Shown here in pieces: positions 1 through 15,107 of a stretch of 64,000 nucleotides of DNA. The DNA comes from Chrysomallon squamiferum (Eukaryota > Animalia > Mollusca). The stretch spans positions 310,001-374,000 of the forward strand of contig CM022675.1 in NCBI GenBank assembly GCA_012295275.1, given 5' to 3'. Positions within the stretch are counted from its first letter, which is position 1. Each line of letters opens with the position of its first letter. The translations under genes were made by a program, and so were the position numbers. The notes beneath the pieces were generated by a model. It did not search any database, had not been told where the DNA came from, and was given only the letters and a program-made list of their open reading frames with translations.

Positions 1-3000
1 TACAACAAATGTTTATAAAACTAGCGCTTACAACAAATGTTTATAAAACTAGCGCTTACAACAAATGTTTATAAAACTAGCGCTTACAACAAATGTTTAT
101 AAAACTAGCGCTTACAACAAATGTTTATAAAACTAGCGCTTACAACAAATGTTTATAAAACTAGCGCTTACAACACGTTTATAAAACTAGCGCTTACAAC
201 AAATGTTTATAAAACTAGCGCTTACAACAAATGTTTATAAAACTAGCGCTTACAACAAATGTTTATAAAACTAGCGCTTACAACACATGTTTATAAAACT
301 AGCGCTTACAACACGTTTATAAAACTAGCGCTTACAACACATGTTTATAAAACTAGCGCTTACAACAAATGTTTATAAAACTAGCGCTTACAACAAATGT
401 TTATAAAACTAGCGCTTACAACAAATGTTTATAAAACTAGCGCTTACAACAAATGTTTATAAAACAAGCGCTTACAACAAATGTTTATAAAACTAGCGCT
501 TACAACAAATGTTTATAAAACTAGCGCTTACAACAAATGTTTATAAAACTAGCGCTTACAACAAATGTTTATAAAACTAGCGCTTACAACAAATGTTTAT
601 AAAACTAGCGCTTACAACAAATGTTTATAAAACTAGCGCTTACAACAAATGTTTATAAAACTAGCGCTTACAACAAATGTTTATAAAACTAGCGCTTATA
701 ACAAATGTTTATAAAACTAGCGCTTACAACAAATGTTTATAAAACTAGCGCTTACAACAACAAATGTTTATAAAACTAGCGCTTACAACAAATGTTTATA
801 AAACTAGCGCTTACAACAAATGTTTATAAAACTAGCGCTTACAACAAATGTTTATAAAACTAGCGCTTACAACAAATGTTTATAAAACTAGCGCTTACAA
901 CAAATGTTTATAAAACTAGCGCTTACAACAACAAATGTTTATAAAACTAGCGCTTACAACAAATGTTTATAAAACTAGCGCTTACAACAAATGTTTATAA
1001 AACTAGCGCTTACAACAAATGTTTATAAAACTAGCGCTTTACAACAAATGTTTATAAAACTAGCGCTTACAACAAATGTTTTATAAAACTAGCGCTTACA
1101 AACAAATGTTTATAAAACTAGCGCTTACAACAAATGTTTATAAAACTAGCGCTTACAACAAATGTTTATAAAACTAGCGCTTACAACAAATGTTTATAAA
1201 ACTAGCGCTTACAACAAATGTTTATAAAACTAGCGCTTACAACAAATGTTTATAAAACTAGCGCTTACAACAAATGTTTATAAAACTAGCGCTTACAACA
1301 AATGTTTATAAAACTAGCGCTTACAACAAATGTTTATAAAACTAGCGCTTACAACAAATGTTTATAAAACTAGCGCTTACAACAAATGTTTATAAAACTA
1401 GCGCTTACAACAAATGTTTATAAAACTAGCGCTTACAACAAATGTTTATAAAACTAGCGCTTACAACAAATGTTTATAAAACTAGCGCTTACAACAACAA
1501 ATGTTTATAAAACTAACAATGTTTATAAAACTAGCGCTTACAACAAATGTTTATAAAACTAGCGCTTACAACAAATGTTTATAAAACTAGCGCTTACAAC
1601 AAATGTTTATAAAACTAGCACTTACAACAAATGTTTATAAAACTACCGCTTACAACACATGTTTATAAAACTAGCGCTTACAACAAATGTTTATAAAACT
1701 AGCGCTTACAACAAATGTTTATAAAACTAGCGCTTACAACAAATGTTTATAAAACTAGCGCTTACAACAAATGTTTATAAAACTAGCGCTTACAACAAAT
1801 GTTTATAAAACTAGCGCTTACAACAAATGTTTATAAAACTAGCGCTTACAACAAATGTTTATAAAACTAGCTTTTTACAAAAATGTTTATAAAACTAGCG
1901 CTTACAACAAATGTTTATAAAACTAGCGCTTACAACAAATGTTTATAAAACTAGCGCTTACAACAAATGTTTATAAAACTAGCGCTTACAACAAATGTTT
2001 ATAAAACTAGCGCTTACAACACATGTTTATAAAACTAGCGCTTACAACAAATGTTTATAAAACTAGCGCTTACAACACATGTTTATAAAACTAGCGCTTA
2101 CAACAAATGTTTATAAAACTAGCGCTTACAACAAATGTTTATAAAACTAGCGCTTACAACAAATGTTTATAAAACTAGCGCTTATAACAAATGTTTATAA
2201 AACTAGCGCTTACAACAAATGTTTATAAAACTAGCGCTTACAACAACAAATGTTTATAAAACTAGCGCTTACAACAAATGTTTATAAAACTAGCGCTTAC
2301 AACAAATGTTTATAAAACTAGCGCTTACAACAAATGTTTATAAAACTAGCGCTTACAACAAATGTTTATAAAACTAGCGCTTACAACAAATGTTTATAAA
2401 ACTACTGTTTATAAAACTTACAACAACAAATGTTTATAAAACTAGCGCTTACAACAAATGTTTATAAAACTAGCGCTTACAACAAATGTTTATAAAACTA
2501 GCGCTTACAACAAATGTTTATAAAACTAGCGCTTACAACAAATGTTTATAAAACTAGCGCTTACAACAAATGTTTATAAAACTAGCGCTTACAACAAATG
2601 TTTATAAAACTAGCGCTTACAACAAACAAATTTTTAAAACTAGCGCTTACAACAAATGTTTATAAAACTAGCGCTTTACAACAAATGTTTATAAAACTAG
2701 CGCTTACAACAAATGTTTATAAAACTAGCGCTTACAACAAATGTTTATAAAACTAGCGCTTACAACAAATGTTTATAAAACTAGCGCTTACAACAACAAA
2801 TGTTTATAAAACTAGCGCTTACAACAAATGTTTATAAAACTAGCGCTTACAACATGTTTATAAAACTAGCGCTTACAACAAATGTTTATAAAACTAGCGC
2901 TTACAACAAATGTTTATAAAACTAGCGCTTACAACAAATGTTTATAAAACTAGCGCTTACAACAAATGTTTATAAAACTAGCGCTTACAACACATGTTTA

Positions 3001-6000
3001 TAAAACTAGCGCTTACAACAAATGTTTATAAAACTAGCGCTTACAACAAATGTTTATAAAACTAGCGCTTACAACAAATGTTTATAAAACTAGCGCTTAC
3101 AACAAATGTTTATAAAACTAGCGCTTACAACAAATGTTTATAAAACTAGCGCTTTTACAACAAATGTTTATAAAACTAGCGCTTACAACAAATGTTTATA
3201 AAACTAGCGCTTACAACAAATGTTTATAAAACTAGCGCTTACAACAAAATGTTTATAAAACTACACGTTTATTACAACAAATGTTTATAAAACTAGCGCT
3301 TACAACAAATGTTTATAAAACTAGCGCTTACAACAAATGTTTATAAAACTAGCGCTTTTACAACAAATGTTTATAAAACTAGCGCTTACAACAAATGTTT
3401 ATAAAACTAGCGCTTTACAACAAATGTTTATAAAACTAGCGCTTACAACAAATGTTTATAAAACTAGCGCTTACAACAAATGTTTATAAAACTAGCGCTT
3501 ACAACAAATGTTTATAAAACTAGCTTACAACAAATGTTTATAAAACTAGCGCTTACAACAAATGTTTATAAAACTAGCGCTTATAACAAATGTTTATAAA
3601 ACTAGCGCTTACAACAAATGTTTATAAAACTAGCGCTTACAACAACAAATGTTTATAAAACTAGCGCTTACAACAAATGTTTATAAAACTAGCGCTTACA
3701 ACACATGTTTATAAAACTAGCGCTTACTTACAACATGTTTATAAAACTAGCGCTTACAACACATGTTTATAAAACTAGCGCTTACAACAAATGTTTATAA
3801 AACTAGCGCTTACAACAAATGTTTATAAAACTAGCGCTTACAACAAATGTTTATAAAACTAGCGCTTACAACAAATGTTTATAAAACTAGCGCTTACAAC
3901 AAATGTTTATAAAACTAGCGCTTACAACAAATGTTTATAAAACTAGCGCTTACAACACGTTTATAAAACTAGCGCTTACAACAAATGTTTATAAAACTAG
4001 CGCTTACAACAAATGTTTATAAAACTAGCGCTTACAACAAATGTTTATAAAACTAGCGCTTACAACAAATGTTTATAAAACTAGCGCTTACAACAAATGT
4101 TTATAAAACTAGCGCTTACAACAAATGTTTATAAAACTAGCGCTTACAACAACAAATGTTTATAAAACTAGCGCTTACAACAAATGTTTATAAAACTAGC
4201 GCTTACAACATGTTTATAAAACTACCACTTACAACACATGTTTATAAAACTAGCGCTTACAACAAATGTTTATAAAACTAGCGCTTACAACAAATGTTTA
4301 TAAAAAAAAACAAATGTTTTACAACAAATGTTTATAAAACTAGCGCTTACAACATGTTTATAAAACTAGCGCTTACAACACATGTTTATAAAACTAGCGC
4401 TTACAACAAATGTTTATAAAACTAGCGCTTACAACAAATGTTTATAAAACTAGCGCTTACAACAAATGTTTATAAAACTAGCGCTTACAACAAATGTTTA
4501 TAAAACTAGCGCTTACAACAAATGTTTATAAAACTAGCGCTTACAACAAATGTTTATAAAACTAGCGCTTACAACAAATGTTTATAAAACTAGCGCTTAC
4601 AACAAATGTTTATAAAACTAGCGCTTACAACAAATGTTTATAAAACTAGCGCTTACAACAAATGTTTATAAAACTAGCGCTTACAACAAATGTTTATAAA
4701 ACTAGCGCTTACAACAAATGTTTATAAAACTAGCGCTTACAACAAATGTTTATAAAACTAGCGCTTACAACAAATGTTTATAAAACTAGCGCTTACAACA
4801 AATGTTTATAAAACTAGCGCTTACAACAACAAATGTTTATAAAACTAGCGCTTACAACAAATGTTTATAAAACTAGCGCTTACAACAAATGTTTATAAAA
4901 CTAGCGCTTACAACAAATGTTTATAAAACTAGCGCTTACAACAAATGTTTATAAAACTAGCGCTTACAACAAATGTTTATAAAACTAGCGCTTACAACAA
5001 ATGTTTATAAAACTAGCGCGCTTTACAACAAATGTTTATAAAACTAGCGCTTACAACAAATGTTTATAAAACTAGCGCTTACAACAAATGTTTATAAAAC
5101 TAGCGCTTACAACAAATGTTTATAAAACTAGCGCTTACAACAAATGTTTATAAAACTAGCGCTTACAACAACAAATGTTTATAAAACTAGCGCTTACAAC
5201 AAATGTTTATAAAACTAGCGCTTACAACAACAAATGTTTATAAAACTAGCGCTTACAACAAATGTTTATAAAACTAGCGCTTATAACAAATGTTTATAAA
5301 ACTAGCGCTTACAACAAATGTTTATAAAACTAGCGCTTACAACAACAAATGTTTATAAAACTAGCGCTTACAACAAATGTTTATAAAACTAGCGCTTACA
5401 ACAAATGTTTATAAAACTAGCGCTTACAACAAATGTTTATAAAACTAGCGCTTACAACAACAAATTTATAAAACTAGCGCTTACAACAAATGTTTATAAA
5501 ACTAGCGCTTACAACACATGTTTATAAAACTAGCGCTTACAACAAATGTTTATAAAACTAGCGCTTATAACAAATGTTTATAAAACTAGCGCTTACAACA
5601 AATGTTTATAAAACTAGCGCTTACAACAACAAATGTTTATAAAACTAGCGCTTACAACAAATGTTTATAAAACTAGCGCTTACAACATGTTTATAAAACT
5701 AGCGCTTACAACACATGTTTATAAAACTAGCGCTTACAACAAATGTTTATAAAACTAGCGCTTACAACAAATGTTTATAAAACTAGCGCTTACAACAACA
5801 AATGTTTATAAAACTAGCGCTTACAACAAATGTTTATAAAACTACTAGCGCTTACAACAAATGTTTATAAAACTAGCGCTTACAACAAATGTTTATAAAA
5901 CTAGCGTTTTAAAACAACAAATGTTTATAAAACTAGCGCTTACAACAAATGTTTATAAAACTAGCGCTTACAACAAATGTTTATAAAACTAGCGCTTACA

Positions 6001-9000
6001 ACAAATGTTTATAAAACTAGCGCTTACAACACATGTTTATAAAACTAGCGCTTACAACAAATGTTTATAAAACTAGCGCTTACAACACGTTTATAAAACT
6101 AGCGCTTACAACAAATGTTTATAAAACTAGCGCTTACAACACATGTTTATAAAACTAGCGCTTACAACAAATGTTTATAAAACTAACAACAAATGTTTAT
6201 AAAACTAGCGCTTACAACAAATGTTTATAAAACTAGCTTACAACAAATGTTTATAAAACTAGCGCTTACAACAAATGTTTATAAAACTAGCGCTTACAAC
6301 AAATGTTTATAAAACTAGCGCTTACAACACATGTTTATAAAACTAGCGCTTACAACAAATGTTTATAAAACTAGCGCTTACAACAAATGTTTATAAAACT
6401 AGCGCTTACAACATGTTTATAAAACTAGCGCTTACAACAAATGTTTATAAAACTAGCGCTTACAACAAATGTTTATAAAACTAGCGCTTACAACAAATGT
6501 TTATAAAACTACAAATGTTTTAAAACAACAAATGTTTATAAAACTAGCGCTTACAACAAATGTTTATAAAACTAGCGCTTACAACAAATGTTTATAAAAC
6601 TAGCGCTTACAACAAATGTTTATAAAACTAGCGCTTACAACAAATGTTTATAAAACTAGCGCTTACAACAAATGTTTATAAAACTAGCGCTTACAACAAA
6701 TGTTTATAAAACTAGCGCTTACAACACATGTTTATAAAACTAGCGCTTACAACAAATGTTTATAAAACTAGCGCTTACAACACATGTTTATAAAACTAGC
6801 GCTTACAACAAATGTTTATAAAACTAGCGCTTACAACAAATGTTTATAAAACTAGCGCTTACAACAAATGTTTATAAAACTAGCGCTTACAACAACAAAT
6901 GTTTATAAAACTAGCGCTTACAACAAATGTTTTAAAACTAGCGCTTACAACAAATGTTTATAAAACTACAAATGCTTACAACAAATGTTTATAAAACTAG
7001 CGCTTACAACAAATGTTTATAAAACTAGCGCTTACAACAAATGTTTATAAAACTAGCGCTTACAACAAATGTTTATAAAACTAGCGCTTACAACAAATGT
7101 TTATAAAACTAGCGCTTACAACAAATGTTTATAAAACTAGCGCTTACAACAAATGTTTATAAAACTAGCGCTTACAACAAATGTTTATAAAACTAGCGCT
7201 TACAACAAATGTTTATAAAACTAGCGCTTACAACAAATGTTTATAAAACTAGCGCTTACAACAAATGTTTATAAAACTAGCGCTTACAACAAATGTTTAT
7301 AAAACTAGCGCTTACAACAAATGTTTATAAAACTAGCGCTTACAACAAATGTTTATAAAACTAGCGCTTACAACAAATGTTTATAAAACTAGCGCTTACA
7401 ACAAATGTTTATAAAACTAGCGCTTACAACAAATGTTTATAAAACTAGCGCTTACAACAAATGTTTATAAAACTAGCGCTTACAACAAATGTTTATAAAA
7501 CTAGCGCTTACAACAAATGTTTATAAAACTAGCGCTTACAACAAATGTTTATAAAACTAGCGCTTACAACAAATGTTTATAAAACTAGCGCTTACAACAA
7601 ATGTTTATAAAACTAGCGCTTACAACAAATGTTTATAAAACTAGCGCTTACAACAAATGTTTATAAAACTAGCGCTTACAACAAATGTTTATAAAACTAG
7701 CGCTTACAACAACAAATGTTTATAAAACTAGCGCTTACAACAAATGTTTATAAAACTAGCGCTTACAACAAATGTTTATAAAACTAGCGCTTACAACAAC
7801 AAATGTTTATAAAACTAGCGCTTACAACAAATGTTTATAAAACTAGCGCTTACAACAAATGTTTATAAAACTAGCGCTTACAACAAATGTTTATAAAACT
7901 AGCGCTTACAACAAATGTTTATAAAACTAGCGCTTACAACAAATGTTTATAAAACTAGCGCTTACAACACATGTTTATAAAACTAGCGCTTACAACAAAT
8001 GTTTATAAAACTAGCGCTTACAACAAATGTTTATAAAACTAGCGCTTACAACAAATGTTTATAAAACTAGCGCTTACAACAAATGTTTATAAAACTAGCG
8101 CTTACAACAAATGTTTATAAAACTAGCGCTTACAACAAATGTTTATAAAACTAGCGCTTACAACAAATGTTTATAAAACTAGCGCTTTACAACAAATGTT
8201 TATAAAACTAGCGCTTACAACAAATGTTTATAAAACTAGCGCTTACAACACATGTTTATAAAACTAGCGCTTACAACAAATGTTTATAAAACTAGCGCTT
8301 ACAACAAATGTTTATAAAACTAGCGCTTACAACAAATGTTTATAAAACTAGCGCTTACAACAAATGTTTATAAAACTAGCGCTTACAACAAATGTTTATA
8401 AAACTAGCGCTTAGAACAAATGTTTATAAAACTAGCGCTTACAACAAATGTTTATAAAACTAGCGCTTACAACAACAAATGTTTATAAAACTAGCGCTTA
8501 CAACAAATGTTTATAAAACTAGCGCTTACAACAAATGTTTATAAAACTAGCGCTTACAACAAATGTTTATAAAACTAGCGCTTACAACAAATGTTTATAA
8601 AACTAGCGCTTACAATACGTTTATAAAACTAGCGCTTACAACACATGTTTATAAAACTAGCGCTTACAACAAATGTTTATAAAACTAGCGCTTACAACAA
8701 ATGTTTATAAAACTAGCGCTTACAACAAATGTTTATAAAACTAGCGCTTACAACAAATGTTTATAAAACTAGCGCTTACAACAAATGTTTATAAAACTAG
8801 CGCTTACAACAAATGTTTATAAAACTAGCGCTTACAACAAATGTTTATAAAACTAGCGCTTACAACAAATGTTTATAAAACTAGCGCTTACAACACATGT
8901 TTATAAAACTAGCGCTTACAACAAATGTTTATAAAACTAGCGCTTACAACAAATGTTTATAAAACTACCGCTTACAACAAATGTTTATAAAACTACCGCT

Positions 9001-9520
9001 TACAACAAATGTTTATAAAACTAGCGCTTACAACAAATGTTTATAAAACTAGCGCTTACAACAAATGTTTATAAAACTAGCGCTTACAACAAATGTTTAT
9101 AAAACTAGCGCTTACAACAAATGTTTATAAAACTAGCGCTTACAACAAATGTTTATAAAACTAGCGCTTACAACAAATGTTTATAAAACTAGCGCTTACA
9201 ACAACAAATGTTTATAAAACTAGCGCTTACAACAAATGTTTATAAAACTAGCGCTTACAACAAATGTTTATAAAACTAGCGCTTACAACAAATGTTTATA
9301 AAACTAGCGCTTACAACAAATGTTTATAAAACTAGCGCTTACAACAAACGTTTATAAAACTAGCGCTTACAACAAATGTTTATAAAACTAGCGCTTACAA
9401 CACGTTTATAAAACTAGCGCTTACAACAAATGTTTATAAAACTAGCACTTACAACAAATGTTTATAAAACTACCGCTTATAACAAATGTTTATAAAACTA
9501 GCGCTTTAAACAAATGTTTT
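1..9520. repeat. 28-bp tandem satellite, unit TACAACAAATGTTTATAAAACTAGCGCT, about 340 copies; runs off the left edge of the window
   Basis: Directly visible and highly homogeneous, with occasional +CAA, CAC/CAT variants and 1-nt indels. Ends at ...gcgctttaaacaaatgtttt near 9520. Copy number estimated as length divided by 28. Confidence 0.98.
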
Positions 9521-9599
9521 CTCGTGTTATATATTAATTTGGAGCAGATTGACAGTGACAGACACAATACGTATAAAAGAAAGAAAAACAAAGGAATGT

Positions 9600-9600
<1 letters not shown>

Positions 9601-9690
<90 letters not shown>

Positions 9691-9917
9691 ACAAACGATA
9701 AAATAAACAGAAAAGCATTATCATTAAACAAATGTAAATATAATTTATTTTTTAACAGAACACTACTCCATCAAAAACGTAATTCCGTGTACTTGACTCC
9801 TTTATTTTTCCACAAACGTTTATTAAAAAGAAAGTAAAAAGGAGTTGTATAAAATAGCTGTTTTCGCTAATTTTTACACTGCATGTATGTATGTATGTAT
9901 GTATGTATGTATGAATG

Positions 9918-9950
<33 letters not shown>

Positions 9951-10138
9951 GTGTATAATGTAAATAATGGCAGAGGTGTATTTCAACTGAATAGTTCGGC
10001 TTACGCATGCGCTCTTGCACATTTTCGCTAGTGTTAACAAAAGAACAAAACAAAAAAAAAATGAAAAGTTATACGGATCAAAATATATAATATTTTATCT
10101 AATTATTTAAAAAACAATAAAAAAAAAAAAAAAAAAAA

Positions 10139-10177
<39 letters not shown>

Positions 10178-10183
10178 AAAAAA

Positions 10184-10226
<43 letters not shown>

Positions 10227-10756
10227 TTGTTTGTTGCATTAATAGTTACAACATCAGTTTATGTAATGAATAGTTAAATTAAGGCGAACGTGTTTTGTGT
10301 GTGCACTACACAGTAACCAAGTACTGCTTAGGTGGGTTGCTTTTTCACATAATAAAATACACAAGGGAAACAAGCCAGCCGTAACGTGACAGAACTACAT
10401 TTATCTAGAAAGGAAAGTAACTAGGTCGAAGCGAACTTGGGATATTATTTACGCATAACTACTAAAGTTTTTGATAGACGAAATAAATGCGGCGTGGTTA
10501 AAACCAGATAAATCAGTTTTTTTTGTAAATAATGTGCAAAAAAGTAATTATATATATATATTTTTTTTTTACTATGAATTTCTCTAGGACTCGACATTTG
10601 TTAAAGAAAGATATAAAATGGATATAAGAAAACATGAATTCAGAAAAAATTAACTTAAAAGAAAAATATTAAAACGGAAAAACACTTCCCCGAAAACTCT
10701 GCACAAACTGTTATTATTGGTCTTTTTTTTTTTTTTTTCTTTCTTTTTTGTATAAC

Positions 10757-10839
<83 letters not shown>

Positions 10840-10890
10840 CATCATCATCATCATCATCATCACAATACACTACTATTACTACTACTACTT
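9601..10890. repeat. Microsatellite cluster: (TAA)n/(TTA)n, (TATG)n, poly-A, (TAA)n(TCA)n
   Basis: Directly visible simple repeats at about 9601-9690, 9883-9950, 10118-10225 and 10758-10890. Confidence 0.9.
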
Positions 10891-11392
10891 CTATGGTTAC
10901 TACTATTTCTATTACTAATAATAAAAGGAGGATAAATACACGTCAATTTTAACAGTTTATCGTCTAGAACTGACTAATGAACACCCTGGTTTGTGACGGC
11001 TTCTGGCTAGAAAATGTGCGAGACACAAAAGATGAGTAATGCAGTGGATGAAGATTGTCACTCGCCTCGCACACAACACGCGCTCCAGTGGATCTGTACA
11101 ACAAACAGGAGGTCAGATTACCCCACAGAGCAAGAAGCAGACACACGAATTCGGGTTACGTTATCTCACATATCATGTTGTTGAGAAATAATATTTTAGA
11201 TAACGTTACGGCCTGGCTTTACAATATTTGTCATTTATATAAACACATTTTTCTTATTTAAAAGCACATTACAAAAAAAATAAAAAATGGTGTGGTTTAA
11301 TATGTGTGTGTGTGGGGGGGAGGGGTTGGAACGGATTAATGGTATTTCAGTTAATTTCAGTTGGGAAAATTTATTTCGTATACGAATATATA

Positions 11393-11903
11393 CAGTGGTA
11401 CCTTGACTTACGAGTTTAATTCGTTCCGTCGCATAGCTAGTACCTCGATTTGCTCGCATATCAAATCAATTTTCACAACTTAAATTAACTGAAATACCAT
11501 TAATCCGTTCCAGCCCCCCAAAACCACGTGTTTATCAATTAAAAAAAAAAAAAAAAAAATGTACTTATAAATGACAAATATTGAATAAAAACAAAATAAA
11601 AGAGAATGTAAAGAAATAAAATGTTTTTGCAAAGTGTATTTATCTTGGAGATCAGACACATTATTTTAGTGCCTCTGCTTCAGTATGGTACATATCGTAG
11701 AAGTACCACGCCCATTCTGCTTAGCCAGGTCGAACACGTGCACACCTCGGTCATATTGTATAAAAACAAAATGAAAAACAATGTAAAGATCAACGGCGTT
11801 TCTGAAGTTCACTCGTAACTCGGATTGTAGCTCGCAACTCAAAGAAAAAATCGAAGGGGCGATTGCTCATAACTCGAAATACTCGTCAGTCGAGGAACCA
11901 CTA
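11393..11903. mobile_element. Tigger/pogo-derived non-autonomous element (MITE)
   Basis: Left end TA|CAGTGGTACCTTGACTTACGAG and right end CTCGTCAGTCGAGGAACCACTA|TA form terminal inverted repeats with TA flanks. The internal sequence is shared with copies at 24692, 33927 and 44540. Confidence 0.8.
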
Positions 11904-12439
11904 TATATTTATACATATTTGCGATGTGCGTGCATGTTTTTGTGAGACGTGTGTTAGCGTTACTCTGCATTTGTGTACAGTATTAAGTATAGTTATTTTT
12001 AGAAAAAAAAAACATGGTTGCTGCTTTAGTATGCATAAAAGTGTCTTCCTCTTTGGCTACCACTTTAAAACTGACGTAGTTTAAGAAGACGTGCGTAAAC
12101 TGGTTTCTTCCTGATCCGTGTACCTGTGAGCAGTACAGTGTTCTAGTCACGAAATGTCTTCTGATGACGAAACTCCAGCGAGATGAAAACCGCATTCAAC
12201 ACAAGCAGGATGTCCCATTTAAATATTTTTTCATCGTCAGCCTCGCTTAACTAATTCAAACAGACAGCTGTAACAAAATGAAAACACAAAGGAATATCCA
12301 GTATTATGAAAACATTTATAAAATGTCCATATATTTTTGTAAAGGCTGTAATATGTTTAAGATGAATCAGCTGGGTGTATCTCGAGTTTAATGGGACGTT
12401 GTAAATCTATCTGTCAGTTCGCACCGCCAGTACTCCTCC

Positions 12440-13600
12440 AAAAATATACCACTGTATACTATTTACTAAAATATACCACTGTATACTATTTACTAAAATA
12501 TACCTCTGTATAGTACTTACTAAAATATACCACTGTATACTACTTACTAAAATATACCAGTGTAGAGTACTTACTAAAATATACCAGTGTATAGTACTTA
12601 CTAAAATATACCAGTGTATAGTACTTATTAAAATATACCACTGTATAGTACTTACTAAAATATACCAGTATATACTACTTACTAAAATATACCAGTGTAT
12701 AGTACTTACTAAAATATACCACTGTATAGTACTTACTAAAATATACCAATGTATACTACTTACTAAAATATACCAATGTATACTACTTACTAAAATATAC
12801 CAGTGTATAGTACTTACTAAAATATACCAGTGTATAGTACTTACTAAAATATACCAGTGTATACTACTTACTAAAATATACCAGTGTATAGTACTTACTA
12901 AAATATACAAGTGTACAGTACTTACCAAAATATACCAATGTATAGTAATTACTAAAATATACCAGTGTATAGTACTTAATAAAATATACCAGTCTTCAGT
13001 ACTTGCTAAAATATACCAGTGTTCAGTACTTACTAAAATATACCAGTGTATACTACTTACTAAAATATATCAGTGTATAGTAATTACTAAAATATACCAG
13101 TGTTCAGTACTTAATAAAATATACCAGTGTTCAGTACTTACTAAAATATACCAGTGTATATTACTTACTAAAATATACCAGTATATAGTACTTACTAAAA
13201 TATACCAATGTATACTACTTACTAAAATATACCACTGTATACTACTTACTAAAATATACCACTGTATAGTACTTACTAAAATATACCAGTGTGTAGTACT
13301 TACTAAAATATACCAGTGTGTAGTACTTACTAAAATATACCAGTATATAGTACTTACTAAAATATACCAATGTATAAACTAAAATATACCACTGTATACT
13401 ACTTACTAAAATATACCACTGTATACTACTTACTAAAATATACCAGTATATAGTACTTACTAAAATATACCAGTGTGTAGTACTTACTAAAATATACCCA
13501 TGTATACTACTTACTAAAATATACCCGTGTACAGCACTTACTAAAGTATACCAGTGTATGGTACTTACTAAAGTATACCAGTGTATGGTACTTACTAAAA
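12440..13600. repeat. 27-bp minisatellite, unit AAAATATACCAGTGTATAGTACTTACT, about 43 copies
   Basis: Directly visible. It produces the 9-aa periodic spurious ORFs (WYILVSTIH). It is absent upstream of the second gene copy. Confidence 0.95.
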
Positions 13601-13730
13601 TAAGTAAAATCAGTAAATCATTATCATAATGAAATAAACGTAAACGTAATAGCAATCATTATCGCCGTCGTCATCATTATTTTTATCATTTTGATTATCA
13701 TTATTATTATTATTATTATCATTTTGATTA

Positions 13731-13780
<50 letters not shown>

Positions 13781-13904
13781 TTGATTATTATTACATATTG
13801 TGATACTTATCTAGGCTGGTACATATGCATGTGTTACAGAAAGGGCAAAAGGGAATAAAAAATAGATTTTTACTGGGGAGTTGAAACCACATAGTAAAAT
13901 GTGG

Positions 13905-14100
13905 GCATAAAGCTGTATATGTGTAACATCATAATAGCTGTATATGTGTATGTTTTATTTTAATAGGGGATGTTTGATCATAATAACTGTATATGTGTAT
14001 GTTTCATAGGTAAAACTGTATATGTGTTTGTTTCATATAATAACTGTATATGTGTGTTTTTTATATCATCATAATAACTGTATGTGTATGTTTCATATCA
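13905..14100. repeat. Degenerate short tandem repeat (ATAACTGTATATGTGTATGTTTCATATC-like)
   Basis: Several decayed copies; a related tract lies at about 32330-32460 in the paralogous upstream region. Confidence 0.6.
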
Positions 14101-14439
14101 TGATAGGACCACGTGACGTTTTCTTAAGATGGGACATGAGCTACCTTTATACAAATTGCTATCCTTTCATACATTTTAATAAATATTCTGTTTTCTGCCC
14201 AGTGTGTTTGTTCTTCTTTAGACTAATGTGTAAAGAATACACAAACACACAGTAGACCGACGTACTGTTAGCGTTTGATAATTTGTGAGGGACATCTATA
14301 CTACGCTAAAAGCTTATTTCGTAACGCATATAAAAATTATAAATAAATTTTTAATCTTTTATTCTGGGCAGTTTGGTTTCAATTCAGAGATCATGTTCTT
14401 GTCGTCAATATGAACAACAAAAGCGTCGTTATAAAGGAA

Positions 14440-14889
14440 AGCAAGTTACTATTATTATCGAGTAATTTAGTATGTAATAATAGAACGAAGCAGGTTCTCT
14501 GGGCACGCAGTGAACTGAGGACTGTTAAGCCCGTCACTGTACCCGTTCGTTTCGCATAAATGAAATTTAACACCTCATTTATTATCTGCTATTACACATA
14601 TTTTAACCCTGTGCGATTGCGCAGTACAGCCAGTGAACAAAACTGAGCTACCTTCGAAAAGTCGCTGAGGGAATCACAAAACGATCTTAGCTGAGATTAC
14701 TATTTAAAAAAAAACAAAAAAAAAAAACAACATTTACCCTTTTTTTCGCACTTGTTGAAGAGTTTCTAAAAGAAAGTAAAACAGATTTGAAGAAAATGTG
14801 AAGAGTGTTTCTGGTTTCTTTTTCCGAAATCATTGTTCCGTTATTGTGAAGTGAGACTATATGTCACTTTTCATATATTGGTGGTGAGT
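14440..14889 (+). promoter_or_regulatory. Conserved proximal upstream/5'UTR region of gene copy 1
   Basis: Aligns by eye with 32650-33098. Shared elements include CGATTGCGCAGTAC, CCAGTGAACAAAACTGAGCTACC and TATA-like TACTATTTAAAAAA (about 14698). Function is inferred from paralog conservation only. Confidence 0.45.
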
Positions 14890-15107
14890 ATGGCACACAC
14901 ATTTAAGGGTCCTTCTATCTTTAACAAGGAATTTTTTCCGGATAGACAAACCATGTTAATGGAAGAAATATTTCCTAGTGACTTGACAGAGCTGGGACAT
15001 CTAACTCAGGAAACTGTGTTACGGGTGGTGAAAAAAGAGATATGAAGAAGACAAAATATACGTAAGTAATTTTACATGTAATTATATTTACATCTACACA
15101 TACCTAT

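Noticed and set aside
1-9520. CRISPR-like array of about 28-bp repeats
   Set aside because: Units are head-to-tail with no unique spacers, there are no cas genes, and the context is eukaryotic.
12407-13655. 173-aa and 137-aa repetitive ORFs (WYILVSTIH)n
   Set aside because: Translations of the 27-bp minisatellite.
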